Source: a bacterium
GTDB lineage: Bacteria; Hydrothermota; Tepidihabitantia; SM23-42; JAOAFX01
Assembly: GCA_049700315.1 (NCBI GenBank)
Contig: JBNAVN010000005.1
Location: 4,305 to 68,304 of the forward strand
Reading direction: 5' to 3'
DNA length: 64,000 nucleotides
Shown here: one piece after another, positions 1-8,659 of the stretch
Layout of the letters: each line of letters starts with the position of its first letter
Numbering within the stretch: the stretch's first letter is position 1
Made by a program: the position numbers and the translations under genes
The notes under the pieces: generated by a model
What the model was told of the DNA's origin: nothing
Databases searched by the model: none
The model's input: the letters and a program-made list of their open reading frames with translations, nothing else

Positions 1-1
1 G

Positions 2-454
2 TATCCAGTCTATGTGGTGTATCCAACGGCAAAGCAGGTATTTGTAGGTGGAGAATTTGCTACTTATAGATTTGACCGAGCAGGTGGGAAATGGTACAAA
101 GTCTTTCCCCGGGGGGTAAAAGATATTTGTGAAGTTGCTCATTCGTTATATTTTTTGACCACCGACAATCAGTTGATACAATATTCTCCTTCTTATGATT
201 CAGTTTTGAATGAGAATAGTGAGTTACCTATTGTTTTGCCTTATTTCAATATTTATGATATTGATTCAGACGGCGAAATATTATACTGTGCAACTGGTTC
301 TGGGATTAACTATTTTGATCCCAAAACGCAACTTTACAATCCCATATACAATCTGCCAAGGATAAAATTCAATTATGTAGCAGTAATTGATGAATACATT
401 ATTGCAATCTCAGATCAGAATATTTATCGCCTTGGAGTGAGATTCAGGGATTGA
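2..454 (+). CDS. 3' part of a hypothetical, probably beta-propeller-like protein (open at window start)
   Basis: Frame is open from position 2 and is rich in short beta-strand-like segments. The stop at 454 abuts tatC. Confidence 0.55.
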   Translation, partial: YPVYVVYPTAKQVFVGGEFATYRFDRAGGKWYKVFPRGVKDICEVAHSLYFLTTDNQLIQYSPSYDSVLNENSELPIVLPYFNIYDIDSDGEILYCATGSGINYFDPKTQLYNPIYNLPRIKFNYVAVIDEYIIAISDQNIYRLGVRFRD

Positions 455-455
455 G

Positions 456-1172
456 GTGCTCCTGAAAGAAAAGCAGGCTTCTTTTGTTGACCATCTTGAA
501 GAATTAAGAAAAAGAATACTTGTTTCAATCGCATTTGTATTGATTTTCTCAGTGATTTGCTTTGCCTTTGCCCAACATATTTTGAATTTTATTATCAAAC
601 GGACCAATATCAGTACTGCTTACTTTTTCTCACCCACTGAAGCATTTTTGGTAAATATAAAGGTCGCCATTTTTGTAGGAATTTTTGTTTCTTTTCCGAT
701 AATTTTATATCAAATCTGGGCTTTTATTGGGCCGGGCCTGACAAAAAAAGAGCAGCGAGTTTCATTGCCATTTTTGTTTTCCGGGATAGTGCTATTTTTG
801 GTTGGTTGTTGTTTTGCATATTTCATACTGATCCCGGTTGGTTTGAAATTTTTCTTTTCTTTTGGTACCGAGAATATCAAGCCACTGATGAATATAAACA
901 AGGTCCTTGAATTTATTTTCTGGTGTATCCTCGGCAGCGGATTTCTTTTTCAATTGCCTTTGATAGTTTTCTTCTTAATAAAAATAGGTGTTGTGCAGGC
1001 TTCAACCCTGACTAAACACAGACCGGAATTTATTGTTGCCATTTTAATTATTTCCGCGGTAATCACACCAACCGGAGATATGTTTACACTCCTTTTGATA
1101 TCTGTTCCTTTGGTAGTATTGATTGAAATCAGCATTCTTTTGGCAAGAATAACAACACATAGGAAAGAGTAA
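456..1172 (+). CDS. tatC: Twin-arginine translocase subunit TatC
   Basis: HLEELRKRI, SPTEAF, YQIWAFIGPGL, FQLP and AVITPTGD motifs; about 6 hydrophobic segments. Confidence 0.95.
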   Translation: MLLKEKQASFVDHLEELRKRILVSIAFVLIFSVICFAFAQHILNFIIKRTNISTAYFFSPTEAFLVNIKVAIFVGIFVSFPIILYQIWAFIGPGLTKKEQRVSLPFLFSGIVLFLVGCCFAYFILIPVGLKFFFSFGTENIKPLMNINKVLEFIFWCILGSGFLFQLPLIVFFLIKIGVVQASTLTKHRPEFIVAILIISAVITPTGDMFTLLLISVPLVVLIEISILLARITTHRKE

Positions 1173-1252
1173 ATACCTCATCGGGGATTTTACTTCATCC
1201 AGAGTGCAAGAGTTCTGTTCTGATGAAGGTCGGTGTTGTTGTTACGATTATT

Positions 1253-1279
1253 GTCGCGGTTAGGAAACCGCTCCCACAG
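1253..1279 (-). repeat. REP-like palindrome, class 1 (GTRG-GA-stem), copy 1
   Basis: Minus strand reads CTGTGGGAGCGGTTTCCTAACCGCGAC: GTGG tetranucleotide followed by a GCGGTT/AACCGC stem. Confidence 0.7.
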
Positions 1280-1375
1280 AATTATCGTGGAAGGTGAAAC
1301 GTGTAACGCGAAACGGATAAAACAAAAAACTACGATTAACGAAACTGTAGAACAAAACGGGCTGCAAAACCGTAT
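1280..1375 (+). repeat. 96-bp direct repeat, left copy
   Basis: Manual ungapped alignment to 10341-10436 gives 88/96 identical positions. Confidence 0.9.
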
Positions 1376-1421
1376 AACGACGAACCATTTTTTAACGGCA
1401 ATAAATTGTCTACTCCATTAA

Positions 1422-1510
1422 TAACCATCCAACCATAAAACCATCCAACTATCCAACCATCAAACCAGGCTATAAGACAATACGACAATAAGACTATCAG
1501 ACGATAAGAC
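1422..1510. repeat. Two adjacent degenerate 8-bp-period tandem arrays
   Basis: TAACCATC CAACCATA AAACCATC CAACTATC CAACCATC AAACCAGG, then TATAAGAC AATACGAC AATAAGAC TATCAGAC GATAAGAC. Confidence 0.8.
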
Positions 1511-3716
1511 TACCCAACAATGTCTCTACTTCTTCAGAATCCGGGATTACCCTCAATACCTTTTCTAAGACCTTTTTTGCATCGTGCTTATTGCGATGTT
1601 CTAAACAACTCTTGGCGAAATTTATTGATTCATTCTCAAACTCGGTCAAAATCTTGAATCTCATATTCACCGACCAATCATCAAAGTTCTTCTTAAATGG
1701 CTCACCACGAAATAGATTGATTGCCTCTGTGAACTTTTTCATCGCGAGTTCATATTCGTTTGCTAAAATCAATGCCCTTGCCTGGGCAGTTAATTCATTA
1801 AACTTTGCCCAATCAGTGATAAACCGGAATTTGAGTTCAATATCACCACCCTTGATTATCAACGCATATTTGGGTAAATTTAAAGCCTTTCTGATTTTAG
1901 ATATTGTTTGATAAAGATAATGTTTTGCATTCTTTTTATTTGGCCAGAAATTACTGTTTATTTCATCAATACTCAAATTCCATTTTTCCTTCAGACATAA
2001 ATAAATGAAAAGTGCTTCTTCTTTAGGTCTCAGTCCAAGCGATTTTAAAGGAATATTGTTTTTTAATACCTTTAATGGCCCTAAAAAAGAAATCTCATAA
2101 TAGGGGATGGATTCATTAAAAATGGGAAGGGGAAAATATCGGTGCGGAAACTCTAATTTCTTTCCTTTTTTGAGATAAATATTTATCAAATCAGAAAAGA
2201 ATAAGGAATAGAGTAAGAAGTTACCCCATATTCTATTTTTTATAGCAAATTCTGTTGCTCTTTTTAATAAATAATATTTTTTCTCCTGATAAGCCCTACA
2301 TAAGAGCAAAAGAAGTCTGAGTGGCGGTGTTAGGAAAGGCGTAGAAGAATAGAAATTCTTTTCCATCAAACTGTTGAAAGTTAAAACCTGCATTGCCATT
2401 TTATGTTTTTTAAATAGAGATAAATAATCGCTTATTGATAGTTTGACTTCTTCTTCCTGACGCAAGGCATATTTTGCTCCAAAGATAATGAGTAAACAAC
2501 GGGATAGGTAATTAAGAATATTTTCTCTCTTTGCCAATTTTAAACCCTGGCTTGCATACTCAATTGCCATTTCAGGGTTGCCACTTGTCAGTTCCTTTTG
2601 AGCCATTATCAGATACTTCCTTGACTCATAACCCCACACATGTCTCGTCCTTTCGTTCATTCTTAGTGCCTCAGCAAATTCTCCATTTGCCAGTTTACTG
2701 GCCATGGTTGCCATGTAAAAACTACCGAGCTGTGTGTGTTCTTCTGACTTTTGCATAATATTTAGCCATTTTTCAGCATCTAATATAAATCCAGAAGAGG
2801 TCCCAAATGCTGCCATATCTGCCAGTAGGGCAAGGGGTTTCTTTGTAAAATTTTTCAGAATGGCTTTGCATATACTTATTGCATTTTTCGCTTCTTCAAA
2901 TTTTAAAAGTGATACACAAAATAAAGCTTTGCACAAGAAAAATACAAAGCAAAGGCCTTTGTCCTGGAGTCCCAAATAAAATCTTTCTGTATTTTTAACC
3001 TTCTGATATCCTTCATTAAAGCGTCCCATCCAGTGGAGAATAAAAATTTCAGCGTAATTTGCCCTTAAAAAGGAGTAGATCAATTTCTTTTTTAAAAATT
3101 TTAGTTTTAAATATCTGGCATCGCAGAGGAGTTCGTCAAGCGGTTTCTTTCCGAAGTTCAAATACAACTGCGCAAGGCGATGGTGAAGGGGAAGGATTTT
3201 GGGGTCTAACTGGAGCAAGAAATCCTCATCACTAAGCACCGGAAGGCTGGCAAGCAAGCATTGAATATTCCGTGAGGATAGAATGTGCTTCTGTCCTTTT
3301 AGAAATTCTGTTGCCCATTCTGAATATTTTGGAATATAAACAGATTTAATATACATATTTGAAATATATTTTTTGTTAAATCCCGCATAACCCCAGACAC
3401 GCCAGGCATTCCATATCTTTTTTGAAGACAGATAAATTCCTTCCTTTTTTAACACATCTTTTGTTTCTTTCACTGTGAGATTAGGATTTTCTTCCTTTAT
3501 TTTCACTAATATCTTTAATATTTTTGGAGAAATCCCCATATCTTTGTAAAATCTCTTTTTTAAATCTTCATAAGGATTTTTTATTTCATTCAGCCACCGC
3601 TGGATGGTGGTGAAATGGATTGATTTTTCTCTGGCGATTTTGCGCAGAGAAGTCTTGCCATTTAAATATTCCTGGATACATTTATACTTAAAGAGTGGGT
3701 CATATCTTGTATGCAT
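1497..3716 (-). CDS. Large transcriptional regulator: N-terminal transposase-like tandem HTH, TPR-like helical middle, C-terminal SARP-type winged helix + BTAD
   Basis: N-term YLNGKTSLRKIAREKSIHFTTIQRW and KEENPNLT..LKKEGIYLS. C-term EISFLGPLKV..LFIYLCL..SIDEINSNFWP..LYQTISKIRKAL..TDWAKF..AINLFRGEPF..DDW. Confidence 0.75.
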   Translation of the reverse strand: MHTRYDPLFKYKCIQEYLNGKTSLRKIAREKSIHFTTIQRWLNEIKNPYEDLKKRFYKDMGISPKILKILVKIKEENPNLTVKETKDVLKKEGIYLSSKKIWNAWRVWGYAGFNKKYISNMYIKSVYIPKYSEWATEFLKGQKHILSSRNIQCLLASLPVLSDEDFLLQLDPKILPLHHRLAQLYLNFGKKPLDELLCDARYLKLKFLKKKLIYSFLRANYAEIFILHWMGRFNEGYQKVKNTERFYLGLQDKGLCFVFFLCKALFCVSLLKFEEAKNAISICKAILKNFTKKPLALLADMAAFGTSSGFILDAEKWLNIMQKSEEHTQLGSFYMATMASKLANGEFAEALRMNERTRHVWGYESRKYLIMAQKELTSGNPEMAIEYASQGLKLAKRENILNYLSRCLLIIFGAKYALRQEEEVKLSISDYLSLFKKHKMAMQVLTFNSLMEKNFYSSTPFLTPPLRLLLLLCRAYQEKKYYLLKRATEFAIKNRIWGNFLLYSLFFSDLINIYLKKGKKLEFPHRYFPLPIFNESIPYYEISFLGPLKVLKNNIPLKSLGLRPKEEALFIYLCLKEKWNLSIDEINSNFWPNKKNAKHYLYQTISKIRKALNLPKYALIIKGGDIELKFRFITDWAKFNELTAQARALILANEYELAMKKFTEAINLFRGEPFKKNFDDWSVNMRFKILTEFENESINFAKSCLEHRNKHDAKKVLEKVLRVIPDSEEVETLLGSLIV

Positions 3717-3725
3717 AGTTTGAAA

Positions 3726-3753
3726 ATTTTATCTAATTCAGAGCAAAAGTCAA
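3726..3753 (-). promoter_or_regulatory. sigma70-like promoter of the regulator gene
   Basis: TTGACT-16 bp-TAAAAT, ending 9 nt before the ATG at 3716. Confidence 0.65.
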
Positions 3754-3836
3754 GTTCTATCTTGAAAACTGCCCAAAACCCAATGAAATTTAATGAATTT
3801 TAAGCGACATAGGTCCTATATTTTTCTCATATTTTT

Positions 3837-3845
3837 TGATATAAT
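3837..3845 (+). promoter_or_regulatory. Extended -10 promoter (no -35) for the secreted-protein cluster
   Basis: TGATATAAT, no TTGAC at the -35 position; GGAGG RBS before ATG 3866. Confidence 0.45.
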
Positions 3846-3865
3846 TATATCTGAAGGGAGGATTT

Positions 3866-6391
3866 ATGAGACGTGCACTTATCATTGGTTCAATGCTGGT
3901 AAATATCCTATTTTGCCAGCAGGGATGGGTCTCATTACAGGGACCAGAAGGCGGGGCAATGCGGTATATGCTCTGGTTACCGCCTGACTACAACAATATA
4001 ATCGGATGTGCCTCAAATGGAGAATGGTTTCAATTAGAACATTCTGAAGGGTTATACTATTCCCGAAATTGTGGAAATAGATGGTATCTCTGTGAAAATG
4101 GGATTGACTGGTCTAAAGGAGGAATTCAACAGATAGATTACAACTATCTCAATCCTGATATTATTTATGCAGCACAAGGAGATTTACACACCGGTGCAGC
4201 CTATAAAACTACAGATGGCGGATTGACTTGGGTAAATATTGCACCTATTGAGGCGGACTTTAGAGCGATATACTGCTCCCGTAAAGACCCCAATGTTCTT
4301 TTAATTGGTTCAAGATGGCCGGGTATTGGGATATTTAGGAGCACTGATGGAGGAAATAGTTGGACGAATGTTAACTCAAGCATTAGATGTTATGAATTTG
4401 CTTATGACCCGAAATGTCCAGATACTGTCTATGTGGGTGGGCCGAGTAGCTATATATGGCGGTCAGTAGATGGAGGACAAACCTGGTCTCAGATAACGAA
4501 TCTTCCTATTTCAGATATTGTGTCAGTGGCAGTTGACCCCCAGAACGGCAACATAATATATTGTATTCCTGATAATGGTACAGACCATTATGGTGTTTAT
4601 CGTAGTTCAAATTTTGGCGCGACCTGGCAACAGGTACTTGCTCCTCCTGCTTCGTATGTGTTGTTTGTTCAAGTAAGGATCTCTCCGGTAAATCCGAATA
4701 TTGTCTGGGCGGTTGGTTTGAGCGGTTTATATAGAAGCACTAACCGGGGGCTAAATTTTACACGAATTGCGACCTTCCCAGGAACAGGGTGGGGGATATT
4801 ACCACATCCTGCAAAGGATAGCACTGTAATTATCTCATCGGGTAATAAATTATGGCTTACAACTGACCTTGGAAACACCTGGCATGACAAGAATTTCCGG
4901 CTCCATGCCTTGTGGGCATACCCAAAACCCTTTAATACGAATCTGATTTATGCCCTTGCATATGGTGCATATTATTCAGCATTAGTTAAAACCACCAACA
5001 GAGGCAAAACCTGGACTACATTATTAGAGAAATATTGTAATCTCCCGTACAATCCAGGAACGATCTATAGTTGTTCTGATGTCCACCCTGTTGATTCAAA
5101 TTGCGTAATTGTTGGGAGTAGGGCCGGTGTTCTTAGAACTACTGATGGTGGAGTTACTTGGAATTCACCAGCGGGTCTTACTAAAATGTGTGATGTCCAT
5201 TTTTCTCATGCCAATTACAATCATGTCTGGGCTGCTGCAATAGATTCAGGTATTTACAAATCAATGAATAAGGGAAGTGTATTTGTGCGCACAAATGCGC
5301 CCTACGGCGCGGATAAACCCTATGTATCACTTGCACTCCATCCTGCTGATAGTAATATCGCCCTTGCCGGGACAGCGAAGGCTAGTCAGTACGTGAATGC
5401 TATGATGATTCGTACCTCAGACGGTGGCACAACCTGGCAAATAGTGTTCAACGCACCACCCTCTTTCTATAATTTTCAGGATATTGAATTCTCTCCATCA
5501 TCGCCAACAATTGCTTATTTTTGTGAGACCAGGAATGTATATAAGAGCACAGATGAAGGATTAACATGGAGTCTTGCTGGCTCTGTCCCTGATTATATAT
5601 ATGACCTTGAAATTGACCCGAGCAATCCGAATATATTATACGCGGGAACGAAGGAATCAGGAATCTTCCAGAGCACCGATCAGGGTGCTTCTTGGACTTC
5701 ATTTAATTTTAATTTACCCAACAATGAAGTTGTATTTGGAATCAAAATTCTTCAAGCAGGAGCCACTTCCTATATTTACTGCGGAGATACACGAGGAGTT
5801 CATGTATTAGGATCTCTTGATACATTAAAACCCTCTGTCTCCGTTATCCAGCCCAATGGGGGTGAAGTCCTGTGGAGTGGTCAGAGCTACAATATTCTCT
5901 GGAGTGCCAGTGATAATTTAAATGTTGATGGGATAGATATCTTTTACTCCACTGATGCTGGCAGTACTTATCAAGGTGTCTCATACAATGAATTGAATGA
6001 CGGTGTTTACTCCTGGACTGTGCCCAATACTCCATCAAATCAGTGTTATGTCAGGATTGATGCCTATGATTTTGCTGGAAATATGGCAACCGACCGTAGC
6101 AACAATTACTTTACCATTGGCCAGGTTGGTATTAACGAATTGAAGGGCAAGAATTTAGTCTTGAATTTAAAGGGCACAATCAATCCGATTCTGATTTTAC
6201 ACTCAGAAAATCCAATGGATATAGCCCTTGCCCTTTATGATTGCACCGGTGCCCGAGTTTATAGCCTAACTGAATCCAACTTCTGTGGAAAGAAAGAGAT
6301 AAAATTTAATAGCCTTCCTGGTGGAGTCTATTTTTATGTGCTGACTGAAAATGGTGTTTCTCATCAGGGGAAGATTGTAGTAATAAGATAG
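3866..6391 (+). CDS. Secreted BNR/Asp-box (VPS10/sialidase-like) beta-propeller protein with an Ig-like domain and a T9SS type A-like C-terminal domain
   Basis: Signal peptide; many S/TxDGGxTW Asp-box motifs; QPNGGEV..YNILW..YSWTVP Ig-like module; C-term LYDCTGARV..LPGGVYFYVL..GKIVVIR. Confidence 0.8.
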   Translation: MRRALIIGSMLVNILFCQQGWVSLQGPEGGAMRYMLWLPPDYNNIIGCASNGEWFQLEHSEGLYYSRNCGNRWYLCENGIDWSKGGIQQIDYNYLNPDIIYAAQGDLHTGAAYKTTDGGLTWVNIAPIEADFRAIYCSRKDPNVLLIGSRWPGIGIFRSTDGGNSWTNVNSSIRCYEFAYDPKCPDTVYVGGPSSYIWRSVDGGQTWSQITNLPISDIVSVAVDPQNGNIIYCIPDNGTDHYGVYRSSNFGATWQQVLAPPASYVLFVQVRISPVNPNIVWAVGLSGLYRSTNRGLNFTRIATFPGTGWGILPHPAKDSTVIISSGNKLWLTTDLGNTWHDKNFRLHALWAYPKPFNTNLIYALAYGAYYSALVKTTNRGKTWTTLLEKYCNLPYNPGTIYSCSDVHPVDSNCVIVGSRAGVLRTTDGGVTWNSPAGLTKMCDVHFSHANYNHVWAAAIDSGIYKSMNKGSVFVRTNAPYGADKPYVSLALHPADSNIALAGTAKASQYVNAMMIRTSDGGTTWQIVFNAPPSFYNFQDIEFSPSSPTIAYFCETRNVYKSTDEGLTWSLAGSVPDYIYDLEIDPSNPNILYAGTKESGIFQSTDQGASWTSFNFNLPNNEVVFGIKILQAGATSYIYCGDTRGVHVLGSLDTLKPSVSVIQPNGGEVLWSGQSYNILWSASDNLNVDGIDIFYSTDAGSTYQGVSYNELNDGVYSWTVPNTPSNQCYVRIDAYDFAGNMATDRSNNYFTIGQVGINELKGKNLVLNLKGTINPILILHSENPMDIALALYDCTGARVYSLTESNFCGKKEIKFNSLPGGVYFYVLTENGVSHQGKIVVIR

Positions 6392-6453
6392 AGCGTATCA
6401 ACCCTCTCCCCGATAACGTGTTATCTTGGGGAGAGGAAAGGATAGGAGGTTAT

Positions 6454-8643
6454 GTGGTCATAATATTTATTGCTCTGGTTTCTTTTCAGGGCTTTGATTC
6501 ACTGAATGTTAAGTTCCTTGGCAACTGGCCATTTGGAGATGCATGGGCAGTTGCGATTGATTCTGCAAGGAATTTGACATATCTTGGTTCAGGAGGCGGG
6601 ATTTATATTCTTGATGTCTCAGACCTCTCAAATCCAACAAAGACTTCAGAAAGGATTCATACCCGGGGAATTGTCCGGGGAGTATTTTATGAACCAGAAA
6701 CCAATATCCTGTATGCAGGTTATGATAAGAGAATTTCGTGTAGTGGCGGAGGTGCGGATGATACTATTTCCGGCATTGAACTATGGAATATTCAAGACCC
6801 GCTAAATCCTACAAAATTGAGTTCCTGCTTTATATCCGGGAATGTTTATGCAATTTCTGTGGCAAATATCCCCGCGCGCGGCAAATTTGCATTTGTTGCC
6901 TCTGGAAAGAATGGGTTGCGAATAATTGATGTTACCAATCCACTTTCACCAATAGAAGTTGGATATTTTGATACACATGGAGCACTGGATGTTTTCGTTT
7001 CAGACAGCACTGCTTATCTGGCTGATGCGGACTCGGGTTTAAGGATTATAGATATCTCTATTCCTCAAAACCCGGTAGAAATCGGACGATATCAGACCGC
7101 AAGTGCTGCGTATGGTGTTTATGTGGCGGGTATTTACGCTTATGTCGCCGCATCCACATCAGGGCTGCGAATAATCAAAGTTTCCCAACCTAATCATCCG
7201 ATAGAAGTCGGCTATTATGATACACCGGGTTATGCAGTTCGGGTAAGTGTTGCTGACAACATTGCCTGCGTTGCAGATGAAATTGCTGGATTACGGATAG
7301 TAGATATTTCAGCACCATTCAATCCTGTTGAAGTTGGTTATTATGTTACCCCTGATACTGTGCCGGGAATGGCAGAGGGAGTAACTATTTTTAATTCCCG
7401 TAGTTGTGCAATGGTTGCCTTTGCCAGAGCAGGATTGCGGATAATAGATATCTCAAGCCCTAACCGATATGGCGAAGAACTTGGGCACTTTCTAACCCCA
7501 TCACCTACATCCCAGATTCATGTTGCGAACAATTTTGCATATTTGGCAACAGGTAATTCCGGGTTAAAAATAATTGATGTTTCAGACCCATTTAATCCTT
7601 TTGAAGTTGGTTCTTGTAATACCCCAAATTATGCGCTTGATGTCTTTGTTGCAAATGGATTTGCTTATATTGCGGACAATGCCTCGGGTCTCAGAATAAT
7701 TGACATTACAGATCCCTATAATCCAATTGAAGTTGGTTACTATGATACACCAAATTGGACTACAGGGGTCTTTGTAAAAGATACCTTTGCCTACCTTGCA
7801 GATGGAAATGGAGGTGGCTTGAGGATAATCAATATTTCAGACCCCCATAATCCTTATGAGATTGGAAATTGTCCAACCCACTCCTGTGCAGGGGCTGTAT
7901 TTGTTTTAGATACTCTTGCCTATATTGCAGATGGGTCTGCTGGATTGACGATAATAGATATTTCAAATCCCGGTTCCCCACTTGAGATTAGCAACTGTCC
8001 TATAATGGGTTGGACGAATGATGTGGCGGTTTCAGGAGATCATGCCTATGTTGGAGTAATGGATTTTGCCCCTGGTTTCAGGATAGTTGATGTTTCTGAT
8101 CCAACAAATCCTCACGAGGTTGGTTCCTATCCGACCACCGGTTTCACCTATGGTGTCGCAATTTCCAATCGCATCGCCTATGTTGCGGATGGGTATTTTG
8201 GACTCAGGCTGATAGATATTACCAACCCATTGAATCCATATGAAATCGGGTATTATGGGACATCGGCTTGTGCAGTGGGGATCTTTGTGAACGAGTCTTC
8301 TTCAGTCTACTATCTCGCTGACCTTGATGATGGATTGCAAATTTATGGTCCCTTATCTTATATCAAAGAGAATAAAGAAAAGATTTTAAGAAGAACCCCT
8401 CTCTCAATTTCTACTATCTTCAGAAAGAATATCAGGATAAGACTTGGAAAATCAGTCTCTTCTCCGGTGAAGGTTAATCTTTATAATATCTGTGGGCAGT
8501 GCGTATTTGAAAAAAATTATTCTATCCAGGGTTCAGAGATAATAATTAACGAGACAGATATCTCAAACCTCGGTTCGGGCATTTATTTTGTTAGATTGAG
8601 TACAGTGCTACAAAATACAATAAAGATTATAAAAATAAAATAA
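6454..8643 (+). CDS. Secreted LVIVD-repeat protein with a T9SS type A-like C-terminal domain
   Basis: About 12 repeats of AYxADxxxGLRIIDISxPxNPxEVGYYDT; C-term LYNICGQCV..LGSGIYFVRL..KIIKIK. Start set at the GTG after GGAGG (ORF track starts at 6418). Confidence 0.85.
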   Translation: MVIIFIALVSFQGFDSLNVKFLGNWPFGDAWAVAIDSARNLTYLGSGGGIYILDVSDLSNPTKTSERIHTRGIVRGVFYEPETNILYAGYDKRISCSGGGADDTISGIELWNIQDPLNPTKLSSCFISGNVYAISVANIPARGKFAFVASGKNGLRIIDVTNPLSPIEVGYFDTHGALDVFVSDSTAYLADADSGLRIIDISIPQNPVEIGRYQTASAAYGVYVAGIYAYVAASTSGLRIIKVSQPNHPIEVGYYDTPGYAVRVSVADNIACVADEIAGLRIVDISAPFNPVEVGYYVTPDTVPGMAEGVTIFNSRSCAMVAFARAGLRIIDISSPNRYGEELGHFLTPSPTSQIHVANNFAYLATGNSGLKIIDVSDPFNPFEVGSCNTPNYALDVFVANGFAYIADNASGLRIIDITDPYNPIEVGYYDTPNWTTGVFVKDTFAYLADGNGGGLRIINISDPHNPYEIGNCPTHSCAGAVFVLDTLAYIADGSAGLTIIDISNPGSPLEISNCPIMGWTNDVAVSGDHAYVGVMDFAPGFRIVDVSDPTNPHEVGSYPTTGFTYGVAISNRIAYVADGYFGLRLIDITNPLNPYEIGYYGTSACAVGIFVNESSSVYYLADLDDGLQIYGPLSYIKENKEKILRRTPLSISTIFRKNIRIRLGKSVSSPVKVNLYNICGQCVFEKNYSIQGSEIIINETDISNLGSGIYFVRLSTVLQNTIKIIKIK

Positions 8644-8659
8644 CTAAAAAGGGGTTATA

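Noticed and set aside
1233-1421. 62-aa ORF in the track
   Set aside because: It runs across the REP and the 96-bp repeat, has no RBS or promoter, and the frame is not preserved in the second repeat copy.
1173-1500. attL/attR duplication of the tRNA-Cys 3' end marking an integrated island
   Set aside because: No copy of the tRNA 3' sequence was found near tatC, and there is no integrase.
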